NCBI GenBank assembly: GCA_030867685.1
Contig: JAQOWU010000003.1
Coordinates: 558,001-622,000, forward strand
DNA: 64,000 bases
Origin: Wickerhamiella versatilis
Taxonomy: Eukaryota
Direction of reading: 5' to 3'
The notes beneath the pieces were generated by a model that was not told where the DNA came from, did no database searches, and worked only from the letters and a program-made list of their open reading frames with translations. Every line of letters begins with the position of its first letter. Within the stretch, counting starts at the first letter, position 1. A program made the position numbers and the translations under genes. Positions 52,146 to 61,701 of this stretch are shown here, piece by piece.

Positions 52146-53726
52146 ATGGCCGACTTTGTTCTCTTCGAAGAGCCGACGGGCTATGCCCTGTTTAAAGTGG
52201 CCATTAAACCTGAAGAAATAGGTTCAAGGTTGAAGGAGGTCCAGAGTGCTTCCACTGATCTTGCAAAGCTTGGAAAGATGCTGGAGCTTGTTAGTTTCTC
52301 GCCCTTCAAAGGTGCAGCTGAAGCTCTTGAAAATGCGAACGACATCAGCGAGGGCATAGTAAGTGACTACCTCAAAGAGTTTTTGAGCTTGAACCTTCCC
52401 AAGGGAAGCAAGAAGGCCAAGGTCACTCTCGGAATCAGCGACAAAAATCTCGGACAGGGAATAAAAGAGTTTTTCCCGTATGTGGAGCCAGTCGCCTCTG
52501 AGGCCATACAGGATTTGCTGAGAGGAATCAGACTTTTCGGAAGCAAGCTTTTGCAAGGTCTTGACGAGGGAGATCTAGAGCGAGCGCAGCTTGGACTAAG
52601 TCATGCGTATTCTCGATCTAAGGTGAAGTTTAGTGTGACCAAGGATGATAATCATATCATACAGGCCATTGCTCTTCTTGACCAGCTTGATAAGGATATT
52701 AATGTGTACGCCATGCGAGTGAAAGAGTGGTACGGTTGGCATTTCCCTGAGCTCAAGGGGATTGTTAATGATAACCATGACTATGCTAAACTGGTAACCA
52801 TCATCAAGGACAAGAGCTCTCTCAATGATGACTCGGTCCATGAATTGGCTGCGGTTGTGAATGATGATGAGGGTAAGGCTGAGGCAATCATTGCTGCTGC
52901 TCGGATGTCCATGGGACAGGATCTCAGTGAGGCCGATATGACCTGTGTCCTGGAATTTGCCGAGAGAGTAATGGAGATCACAGAGTTCCGGGCCCAGCTC
53001 TATGCATACATAAATAGCAAAATGACGACTGTGGCCCCGAATCTCACCGAGCTGATCGGTGAAGTTGTTGGTGCACGACTTATATCTCACGCTGGCTCCC
53101 TCATCAACTTGTCTAAGTATCCCGCGTCCACCGTACAGATACTGGGAGCCGAAAAGGCTCTGTTCCGGGCCTTGAAGACCAAGGGCAACACACCAAAATA
53201 TGGTCTGATATACCACTCAAGCTTCATAGGTAAGGCAGCTGCGAAGAACAAAGGCCGTATTTCGCGTTTCTTGGCCAACAAATGCTCAGTTGCGTCGCGA
53301 ATTGACTCTTTTGCTGAAGAGCCGACAAACGTGTTTGGACAGGCCCTTAAAGAACAGATAGAGGAACGGCTGCAGTTTTTTGAGACAGGCAAGCCCCCAA
53401 TGAAGAACACTGATGCTATGAACGAGGCTTTAAGGCGTGTACATGTTGCCATTGACAATGACGATGAGGATGACAGTGAGAATGAGGATGTGTCAATGGC
53501 TGATGCAACTACCGATGCGGACACAACTGTTGGTGACAGTGTAATTGAAGGTGACGAGAAGAAGAGTGAGAAGAAGAAGGAGAAGAAGGAGAAGAAGGAG
53601 AAGAAAGATAAGAAAGAGAAGAAGGAAAAAGGAGAGAAAAAGGATAAGAAAGAGAAGAAGCGAAAGCATAAAAATGAGGGCGAGGAGGAGACTCCCAAGA
53701 AAAAGAAGTCTCGGAAATCGGAGTAA
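52146..53726 (+). CDS. NOP56: Box C/D snoRNP protein Nop56
   Basis: AQLGLSHAYSRSKVKF, KYPASTVQILGAEKALFRALKTKGNTPKYG, KKE/D tail. Confidence 0.95.
   Translation: MADFVLFEEPTGYALFKVAIKPEEIGSRLKEVQSASTDLAKLGKMLELVSFSPFKGAAEALENANDISEGIVSDYLKEFLSLNLPKGSKKAKVTLGISDKNLGQGIKEFFPYVEPVASEAIQDLLRGIRLFGSKLLQGLDEGDLERAQLGLSHAYSRSKVKFSVTKDDNHIIQAIALLDQLDKDINVYAMRVKEWYGWHFPELKGIVNDNHDYAKLVTIIKDKSSLNDDSVHELAAVVNDDEGKAEAIIAAARMSMGQDLSEADMTCVLEFAERVMEITEFRAQLYAYINSKMTTVAPNLTELIGEVVGARLISHAGSLINLSKYPASTVQILGAEKALFRALKTKGNTPKYGLIYHSSFIGKAAAKNKGRISRFLANKCSVASRIDSFAEEPTNVFGQALKEQIEERLQFFETGKPPMKNTDAMNEALRRVHVAIDNDDEDDSENEDVSMADATTDADTTVGDSVIEGDEKKSEKKKEKKEKKEKKDKKEKKEKGEKKDKKEKKRKHKNEGEEETPKKKKSRKSE
53553..53670 (+). 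repeat. Purine-rich KKE/KKD-coding repeat of NOP56
   Basis: (AAGAAGGAG)n-like tandem units. Confidence 0.9.
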
Positions 53727-53861
53727 CAGTTTAACAAGATATATGTAAATTATAATTTGTCTATTTTAGAATTCCGCAAGCCCGTCATTTCTTGTGCAAT
53801 CCTGGAAGACATTGGTTATGCAAAAGCTGATGCAGAAATTGATGAAGCATTCTACTCTAAT

Positions 53862-54593
53862 TTAAACATAAAGGGTACTTAGTCCACCTGCCAGCAGTGA
53901 ATCAGACGTGTGTATTATCCCCAAAGCCTCAAGCAACCCTTGTCTTAGGATTACTATGTCCGATGGTGCGGTAACTTCATGTCCTGCTGGCCCATCACCC
54001 GCAATCAAGAAAGTTACAGCTGGAATCTTCTTTAATTCACAGCGAGACACTGCAGCTGCAACCACACCTTGCACTATTGTCGGCGGTTTTGTGGGAGGCA
54101 ATTTCCCACCGTAACTTGCCACTGAGGTCCAGAGCACAGAAACTCTAGCATCAAACGTGACACAAGGAGAGGCAGCCCAAAGACATGCTGGCATCAATCT
54201 ATTTATTAATTCTCTTCCTGTGAATGCTGCTTCCGATTCAGGTAAGGCAGGGGCCAAAATTATTGTCAGATCCAGGTCTTGCGCAGTAAACACAGGAAGA
54301 CGCCATTCCCGCATGGTGGTATTTACTTTCTCATCGGCAAGATCATAAAGGTCGCTGGTAGCAGCAGATTCCTCATAGCTTAAAGTTGTTTGTAGTTGAA
54401 TTTCACTGATTTTTGCCCCACCTAATTCAGCGATCAGATAAGAAACTCGAGGAGCGAGAAGCATTAGCGCTTTTTTCGATTTGATTTCATGAGGTATTGA
54501 AAGCGAGTGCGAAACTTTGACATTAGCATCATCCTCGAAGTCGCCATCCAGCGCATGGCGAGGTGGGGGCAGTTCTTCGCCCCTAAAGATCAT
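53862..54593 (-). CDS. PBA1: 20S proteasome assembly chaperone Pba1/PAC1
   Basis: N-terminus MIF...PPPRHALD, PP.IVQGV.AA, C-terminal HbYX motif LYV. Confidence 0.75.
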   Translation of the reverse strand: MIFRGEELPPPRHALDGDFEDDANVKVSHSLSIPHEIKSKKALMLLAPRVSYLIAELGGAKISEIQLQTTLSYEESAATSDLYDLADEKVNTTMREWRLPVFTAQDLDLTIILAPALPESEAAFTGRELINRLMPACLWAASPCVTFDARVSVLWTSVASYGGKLPPTKPPTIVQGVVAAAVSRCELKKIPAVTFLIAGDGPAGHEVTAPSDIVILRQGLLEALGIIHTSDSLLAGGLSTLYV

Positions 54594-54734
54594 GCTTACA
54601 CAAGCAATTAGCTATTGGAAACGTCACTAATGGCTTGAGTTCGATAACTATTTGGAAATCTACTTGAAATATTTGAGATTCTAAACATAGGAATACATTA
54701 AGCCACAACGTAATTCACCAAAATTGGTCTCATA

Positions 54735-55172
54735 TTATACATCTGTGGTAGCTAGACGCGATCCATTTCCTACAAGATGCTCAGGACCAAAGCTAAAGGG
54801 CAGAAGCTCCTCCAAAGTGCGTACTACGACCTCACCATTGCTTGTAATCATATATATAGGTGTTGTTAACGCAGCAAACTCCCTTATCACTTGTCGACAT
54901 ATGCCACATGGACTCACAAGTTCGCTCGAGTCAGAGGTCACAGCAATTGCACGAATAGACTTTTTTTCCTGCATACGTGCGGTAACAAGCGCTGTTCGCT
55001 CGGCACAAATACCAGCGCCATAGCTGGCATTTTCTACATTGGCACCTTGGACAATGCTGCCATCCTCATACAGAATTGCGGCACCAACTCGAAATTTAGA
55101 GTAGGGAGAGTATGAGTGATTTCGCGCTCTGTACGCAGCGTCTCTGAGAAGCTGCTCCGCCTCTGCGTTCAT
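54735..55172 (-). CDS. CDD1: Cytidine deaminase
   Basis: SYSPYSKFRVGAA, GANVENASY..ICAE, SPCGICRQ. Confidence 0.95.
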   Translation of the reverse strand: MNAEAEQLLRDAAYRARNHSYSPYSKFRVGAAILYEDGSIVQGANVENASYGAGICAERTALVTARMQEKKSIRAIAVTSDSSELVSPCGICRQVIREFAALTTPIYMITSNGEVVVRTLEELLPFSFGPEHLVGNGSRLATTDV

Positions 55173-55315
55173 GGTAGGAGAACGAACGCTGACTCACGAT
55201 AGACTATCTCTCACAGCTCGTCCTGCATGACCAACCTACTTTTAGCTCACCAGGTAGCTGTGTTGCTATCTAGTAATGTTGGCCACTTTCTTCATATAAG
55301 ATTAAACTTCTAAGT

Positions 55316-56254
55316 CTACTTATTTACAGCTGATTCTGGGCTCTCCGAATCTATCTTTTTTTGCTCAGAGGTTCGAGTCTGCTTGACCCGGTCGAAAATC
55401 GAGAGGCCGCCTGCGACCATTGCTCCAATGTCTCCAAGTTGAGCAGGGATTACTACACCTGTTCCTTCCTTGGCCAGCTTGCCAAATGATTCTATATACT
55501 TGTCTGCCAGCTGCAGTGATACAGCATCAGTCCCCTTAGGCGACGTTTCGATGGCACTAGCAACCTTGCGCAGTCCTTCAGCCGTTGCATCTGCAGCTAG
55601 TATCACCGCTTGGCGATGTCCCTCGCTCTCGAGAATTTCAGCCCGCTTGGAACGTTCAGCACTTACCTGGCGATGCATGGCATCCACTACAGAAGCAGGT
55701 GGACGGATATCTTTAATTTCATAGCGCAGACAAGAGATACCCCATGCATCAGCTGCCTCATTGATGGCCTCTGTGATGTTCCAGTTAAGCGATTGTCGCT
55801 CCTTCAACACCTGCTGCAGTGTAAGCTTGCCAATCTCAGAGCGCATGGTAGTCTGAGCTAGCTGGCTGATCGCGTATTGAGCATCCTCTACGCCATAGCT
55901 TGCCTTGAAAGCATCGAAAACTCTCACGTAGAGTACTCCATCCATGTCTAACGTGACATTGTCTGCTGTGATAGCATTTTGGCGAGGAACTTCAACAGCA
56001 GTCTCCTTAAGGTTTTGGACATAGCTAATGCGGTCTACAAATGGAGCTAGAAATGCCACACCTGGCTTCAGGATGCGATGAAATTTGCCCATACGCTCCA
56101 CAACCCAAGCCTGCTGCTGGGGAACAAACTTGATGACAGTATTCACAGGAAGTATTTGACGTTGAAAGAAATTCATGTTATCACTCAAGGAACGCCGAAG
56201 CAGGGGAGCGAGTGGCCTTAACACGGCCCTCGAGTTTCTCGCAACCGGGAACAT
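55316..56254 (-). CDS. Mitochondrial stomatin-like protein (SLP-2, SPFH family)
   Basis: Presequence, FVPQQQAWVVERMGKF, LAQTTMRSEIG, CLRYEIKDI, AERSKRAEILESEG. Confidence 0.93.
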   Translation of the reverse strand: MFPVARNSRAVLRPLAPLLRRSLSDNMNFFQRQILPVNTVIKFVPQQQAWVVERMGKFHRILKPGVAFLAPFVDRISYVQNLKETAVEVPRQNAITADNVTLDMDGVLYVRVFDAFKASYGVEDAQYAISQLAQTTMRSEIGKLTLQQVLKERQSLNWNITEAINEAADAWGISCLRYEIKDIRPPASVVDAMHRQVSAERSKRAEILESEGHRQAVILAADATAEGLRKVASAIETSPKGTDAVSLQLADKYIESFGKLAKEGTGVVIPAQLGDIGAMVAGGLSIFDRVKQTRTSEQKKIDSESPESAVNK

Positions 56255-56594
56255 TAATATGATTAATAATGTGGAGCCGGGAACAAGCTAACTACCAGTG
56301 CGTTAACTAGAATTATCCACGGCAAGTATCTTATTGCTATTACAGCTACTTAAGCCTTTAGTTTAATACAGAGTGTTTGTTCTCTTAACAAGGGGTATTG
56401 TTTACTTGGTGTTTTCAGAAAAATCTAGAATATATCACTGAGCTTATGAATTGGTCTAAGAACGCAAAACGCTTTACAACGTGAAAATACTTACGGCAAT
56501 GTTAATATCGTTTATAATAATATTCTTTACTGCTCTAATGGTAAGAGTTTATAGCTTGGGCTTCTACTTGTCTATACTTTAATCTTTCAGCTGT

Positions 56595-58268
56595 CTACAC
56601 TTTAGCCAGTGGAAGGAAGTAGCAAAGGACATTTGTGCCCATGATTGCAACACCAATGTACCAGAGTGCAGACATATAATCGACATTACCATTAGAAAAG
56701 GTACTGAAACGAAATGCAAGGCTAAAAAGAACTCCACCTGCATTTCCGAATGCGCCAGTGGTACCAGACACAATTCCCGTGTGATGCGGGTTTGTATGGG
56801 GAACCAATGAAAAGTTTGCCCCGTTACCCATTTCCATGAATAAAGACATAAACGCAAGACTTACAATTACACCGGCCATTGAAATATCTTTATACAATCC
56901 TGTGTAAAGACAGAAGACGCCCATGAGAAACCCACAAGTAAGCATCCATATCTTCTTCACCCAGGGAGTTGGCCAGCGGGAATAAAGCAAATCACTAATA
57001 TAGCCACCCAACGGACGAAAAACCACATTTAGGAGTCCCAGCATCGACCCCCAGTCACCTGCGAGCTGTGTGGACCAATTGTCACCTTGCTTTTTGGCCT
57101 GTGCAGCATACAGAGCGCTAATCACAGATTCAATGGCAAGCTCACCTCCAAATGTAGTGGCATAAGGAATAGCATTAAGCATTGTAGATGGAGAAAATGT
57201 AACTTTCATAGTGGATAGTAAGGTTGGTGGCTCAATAGTTGCCGAAGGATCTGTCACCGTCAAGTCTTCAGCCATACCACTACGTGAAAGCTTGCTAATT
57301 TCCGGAGCCAATCGAGATAGTCTCGAAGTGGAAGGCTGAATAGTACGGGAATCTTTAGGCTTGAGAAGACTTACCCTAGGGGCTATCGGCGGCTGCGTAG
57401 GGTGATCGCTATCGGGATTGACAGTTGCAGTCGTAGGACTTTTGAATATTTGTTTCTCTGAATCGGTGTTTTTCAGATTATTCTGATGGTAATTCCTGGA
57501 GTCCTCGTCTACACCAGAGATAGATATTTCCGTGGTGCGATTTGACCATTTTCCTTCTGGGCAGTCCACTCCGAAAAGCAATATAATGATGGCAACAAAT
57601 ACTATGATGATCAGAGGACACACATCAAAAGAATATTTCCAAGATTTCTCAAGGGTATACCCCCTTGCACGTAAGGAATTCATGACCGCAGGCATTGCGA
57701 AGAAAGCGGCACCGCCGCCGGCGTTACCCCAGCCTCCGCTTAGCGCATTTGCCCGTCCTACAATTCTTTTGTCGAACAGAACAGTCGTCCAATACTGGCA
57801 CGGCACAAATGTACCACCCAAAAAGCCAATAAAAAATCTTATGGCATAAATACCAGATATATTATTGACGAGAGGAACAAAGGCTGTCGGAACTGCCCCT
57901 ATAAGGAGTGTTCCGGCCAAAGCCCACCTTGGACCATATTTATCACACAAAGGCCCTATCAGAAAACGTGCTAAAAGGGTTGAACAAAGCCCTACGATGT
58001 TAGAATTTGACACACCAGTGGCTGCGAAGTTACCTTTGCAGTTTTCTCCATTGCTATCACAGTCCAAATTCTTTTCAATTTTCGCCATGAGTGGTGGGAA
58101 GGCAAACCATGAAAGAAAGGCAACGAAAAATCCTAGCCATGCAAGGTGAAAGCAACGACCGTAAATGTTGATTGGATTTAATATTGGTATAGTATATGCC
58201 TTTCCATTTTCTGGGTTGAGCTCAGGCGCAGTCCATAGCCAAGAAACTCCTCTCGTCCTTTGTCCCAT
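56595..58268 (-). CDS. YNT1: High-affinity nitrate transporter (NRT2/NarK MFS)
   Basis: FLSWFAFPPL, nitrate signatures GGWGNAGGG and GAFGNAGG, TFGGELA, GNGANF; first ATG at 58268. Confidence 0.95.
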   Translation of the reverse strand: MGQRTRGVSWLWTAPELNPENGKAYTIPILNPINIYGRCFHLAWLGFFVAFLSWFAFPPLMAKIEKNLDCDSNGENCKGNFAATGVSNSNIVGLCSTLLARFLIGPLCDKYGPRWALAGTLLIGAVPTAFVPLVNNISGIYAIRFFIGFLGGTFVPCQYWTTVLFDKRIVGRANALSGGWGNAGGGAAFFAMPAVMNSLRARGYTLEKSWKYSFDVCPLIIIVFVAIIILLFGVDCPEGKWSNRTTEISISGVDEDSRNYHQNNLKNTDSEKQIFKSPTTATVNPDSDHPTQPPIAPRVSLLKPKDSRTIQPSTSRLSRLAPEISKLSRSGMAEDLTVTDPSATIEPPTLLSTMKVTFSPSTMLNAIPYATTFGGELAIESVISALYAAQAKKQGDNWSTQLAGDWGSMLGLLNVVFRPLGGYISDLLYSRWPTPWVKKIWMLTCGFLMGVFCLYTGLYKDISMAGVIVSLAFMSLFMEMGNGANFSLVPHTNPHHTGIVSGTTGAFGNAGGVLFSLAFRFSTFSNGNVDYMSALWYIGVAIMGTNVLCYFLPLAKV

Positions 58269-58840
58269 TTCTTTTAACTGTAAAAGATCGGCCACAAGCT
58301 GACTTTAAACTGGCTTAGACTGTACTGGCTTACACCGCAATGCCTTATCAACGATTTGTCAGAACAGTGAAAGCTCCTCCCTGCAGAACCCTAAATCTCG
58401 TCCAACTAGTCTCTGGATGAAAATTGAAGCGTCGTCGGAAGTTTCTAAAACTTTCAAAACAAATGAGAATATATATTATTATAATTTCCAAATTTTGTCT
58501 TTTCAGAGTTCGCAGAATTTCTTTAGCACCCCGGAACAAATAATCCGGCAATCGGCGTTTGACCAATGACCGAATGGATGAAACCTAATTGACTGCTGCC
58601 GTAGATATGTAAACTTTGCGAGCAAAGAGATCAATTATTCAGGGGTTAATACTGCAAGTGGTTTGATTTTGTACTACCCAGTACTGAGCCATTACCAGGT
58701 CATCATAGTCATGTTATGAAGAGGGTGAGAGAGCAAACAAACCTTTCTTTCGAACATTTCACCGACAATGACAGGCTTTTCTAAAATATATTTATAAAGC
58801 GAAATAATTTAGTCTAATAATTTTTTTCAGTGGTAGATTT

Positions 58841-61351
58841 TTAAAACACTACCAGTCGATTGGGAGGGTATTTCGATTTTTCCGCCCAATTCTTTACAGA
58901 ATTAACCAATCCCGGTGGCCCACAAACAAGCAGTAGAGAATCTTCCTTTGCAACGTTAACATCAAGGTAATCTGGTGTGATGTACCCCTTTTCGCCCTTC
59001 CAATCTTGAGGTGGCTGCGCGAGCCAATACTTGATGTTCACCTTCTCTTCGGCGGCGAAAGCTTCTAATTCATCATAACACACAATATCATCAACTGTTC
59101 GGTTCCCGAACATCAGAAAAACTCTTGTTGGATCGCCTTTGCGTGTTAATTCTTTGAGTACCTGGTAGCATGGGGTGATGCCAGATCCACCCGCTACCAT
59201 ATATATACAAGATGCATTTAGATGCTCCCCTTTATGACAAGACTCGCCATTACCTAAATATGTGAAGGAGCCAAGTGGACCTTTGACCTCTAACTCATCG
59301 CCAATACTCAACTGGTCCAATAGTCCTCCCATACGCCCTCCAGGTAGATTTCCTGTTGGGAAATAAATCTTCACAAGTAATTTAAGTATTCCCTTGGTAC
59401 GGTGATCACTGAGAGGTGTGTACGCACGAACAACAGCCTGGCCTGATGCATTTTTAAGACGGCAAAAAATATGATGACCTACAGGGAGACCTGATGTTTG
59501 CTCTGGCGTATCAAAAGTGAATTCATAGAGTCTAACATCTTTGGAGAGTGAAGATCGTTTCAAAAGCTTTACAGTCTTCCATTTTTTTGGATCCAAGAAA
59601 GTTGCGCCAGGGATTTCATTGTCTTTATCTACAAGAGAGTCATTCTTCTTAACATCTGAATTCTCAAGATGTCCCAAGTGATATTGCCGTAGAATGTTTT
59701 TGGCAGTATCCGAATGAATTGCCATGAAATCATCAGTAGCATCATCTCCTGCTGCCATGATAATACTATCAGCACCGCCAGGATGTTGGTTTAAATACAT
59801 AGTACCATCGTAGACTTGGCCATTGACAACGAACCATGGGTTTTCTTCACCGGCATGCTTGGCAAGCTCCTCTTGAGTTATGACAACATCCTTTTTCTCG
59901 TCTAGGGTCATTTTGACCTCTTCCCCAGGAAGCTGCTCTGATTCCGAGCCAGGCAAAGAATCTTCACCCCAGTCTGGACCCAATAAATTACCTCCTTTCT
60001 GACGAACTCTATCCATCCACCCATCGGTATGGTGAAGGTGGGTAGGATGCTCAAACTTAATGCTATCCCCTTCGTCCACAATAGCGACACGGAACCAGCA
60101 ATTAGAAACCATTGAGAGTAAGCTCCAGTACATATCTCGAGGCTGTACGGCCATATTTTCGTCCATTGCTCTGACAACAATGTCCTTAGCCGCTACAATA
60201 TCAGATATAGCGATCTCCAAGGTCCAAAAACACCAACAGAAGCATAAGTAGCGTCGGGATAAATCAACCTTTCCACCAAAGAGCTCAGTGATACCAAGCT
60301 CTGCATATTCATCTTCAGGATATCGTATATTCGCAAGTTGCCAGCTACGACCGCGGTCCATGGATACCTCAACTCGACTTATACGTGCACCTCCTCCACT
60401 ATAAGCATAACCTTTGATTTTATAAGTTCCTTGACGATCTTTAAGCAACTTCTCATTGTGTTCAGGATAAACAGTGACTGACTGAACGTTGAGGTTATAT
60501 ATGCAATATCTCTCGTCTTTCCACCAGGTATCTTCATTCCTTGCTTGCTCGTCAGTCACCATTGTTGGTAGTACCCTATTATCGTAATAATGATACCAGT
60601 TGCTTGATGGTTTATCGCTCAGGATAATACGCTTCAACCATTTGATTGACCGACCTCCGATCATTCCTGGAATGACAACTCGAACAGGACGCCCATGATC
60701 AGGGGTTAAGGCAAGTCCATTTTGTTTCCATGCTACCATAACAGCTCTGTGATAATCCATGACTATCTCCAAGCGAATCGATGTTCCATAATTACCGTTG
60801 GGGAGGACTTCGGCTCCTTCAAAATGAACATAGCGTGCTCCATCCTTGACGCCTGCAATATTGATAATATTCCTAAGCAAAGTTCCAGTCCATAAGCTTG
60901 TTGAAACGCCGCCCGATCCCCAGTTAAATCCTTTTCCTTTTTTGACTTCGTTCTGCTCACCTCGTCTATTACCAGCGCAAACAAATGTCACAGGTAATGT
61001 GATTGCTTCCAATTCAGTGATCTTTTTCAGACTTACTTCCTGGGGCCTCTCAACCATTCCCTCGATGCTTATAGTCCAGTTTTCTGCCTCTTTATCCGAG
61101 ACCTCAGGAACCGGTCCATGATTCCGAACATAATGAAGCTGATGTGGTGTGATGAATCCTTGGTCAAATAGCAAGGAAAGAGGCGCCTCGCAGTTAAAAG
61201 GATGGGATCCTGTGAGACGAATAAGTCGCTCATCGCGCTTGACATGTTTATCTTTTGTTTTGACATCCACTGGTAGGGGACTACCAGTTGCTGAGATATC
61301 CTGTCTAACAAGGTCATTGAACCGTGGATCATACGAACCTACCTCAGGCAT
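58841..61351 (-). CDS. YNR1: Assimilatory nitrate reductase (Moco, b5, FAD domains)
   Basis: RLTG.HPFNCE, CAGNRR, HPGG heme domain, RAYTP, AGGSGITP, CGPP. Confidence 0.97.
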   Translation of the reverse strand: MPEVGSYDPRFNDLVRQDISATGSPLPVDVKTKDKHVKRDERLIRLTGSHPFNCEAPLSLLFDQGFITPHQLHYVRNHGPVPEVSDKEAENWTISIEGMVERPQEVSLKKITELEAITLPVTFVCAGNRRGEQNEVKKGKGFNWGSGGVSTSLWTGTLLRNIINIAGVKDGARYVHFEGAEVLPNGNYGTSIRLEIVMDYHRAVMVAWKQNGLALTPDHGRPVRVVIPGMIGGRSIKWLKRIILSDKPSSNWYHYYDNRVLPTMVTDEQARNEDTWWKDERYCIYNLNVQSVTVYPEHNEKLLKDRQGTYKIKGYAYSGGGARISRVEVSMDRGRSWQLANIRYPEDEYAELGITELFGGKVDLSRRYLCFCWCFWTLEIAISDIVAAKDIVVRAMDENMAVQPRDMYWSLLSMVSNCWFRVAIVDEGDSIKFEHPTHLHHTDGWMDRVRQKGGNLLGPDWGEDSLPGSESEQLPGEEVKMTLDEKKDVVITQEELAKHAGEENPWFVVNGQVYDGTMYLNQHPGGADSIIMAAGDDATDDFMAIHSDTAKNILRQYHLGHLENSDVKKNDSLVDKDNEIPGATFLDPKKWKTVKLLKRSSLSKDVRLYEFTFDTPEQTSGLPVGHHIFCRLKNASGQAVVRAYTPLSDHRTKGILKLLVKIYFPTGNLPGGRMGGLLDQLSIGDELEVKGPLGSFTYLGNGESCHKGEHLNASCIYMVAGGSGITPCYQVLKELTRKGDPTRVFLMFGNRTVDDIVCYDELEAFAAEEKVNIKYWLAQPPQDWKGEKGYITPDYLDVNVAKEDSLLLVCGPPGLVNSVKNWAEKSKYPPNRLVVF

Positions 61352-61701
61352 CGTAAATGCTGAGTTAAGATTACAATCAATTTTCAGGGTATCCGGAACA
61401 GATACATACTAGCTTATCTGATTGGGGTTAAGGGTATTCGGCGTATGCCTAAGTCCGCTCATGCGTTTTTTTGTACCTTAATATTAACTCGAAAAGCATA
61501 CAATGAGATATATACAATATATTAAAGGAGCCATTATACTATTTTTTTTCTTAGCTTGAAGGAAGGTTTTTTGATACCTACTTATTTGCATCACTATGAT
61601 TGGCTGATTGGCCGATACCGAGGGTTAGGCTACTGATATGAAAGCGTCATAGAAGCCTTAATCAGTTGACAGTCCACATTCAGAGCAATTGAATCGCCAC
61701 A
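61352..61701. promoter_or_regulatory. 350-bp divergent promoter shared by YNR1 and YNI1
   Basis: Head-to-head genes; contains CTTATC (GATAAG on - strand), several ATTGG (CCAAT) boxes, CCGGAACA and a poly-T tract. Confidence 0.7.

Noticed and set aside
53087..53737. 216 aa Phe/Ser-rich membrane-like ORF
   Set aside because: Reverse complement of the NOP56 KKE repeat
58639..58706. Minus-strand ATGATGA...CTGA pair resembling a C/D snoRNA
   Set aside because: No terminal stem, no recognisable rRNA guide, and it lies in the YNT1 promoter region
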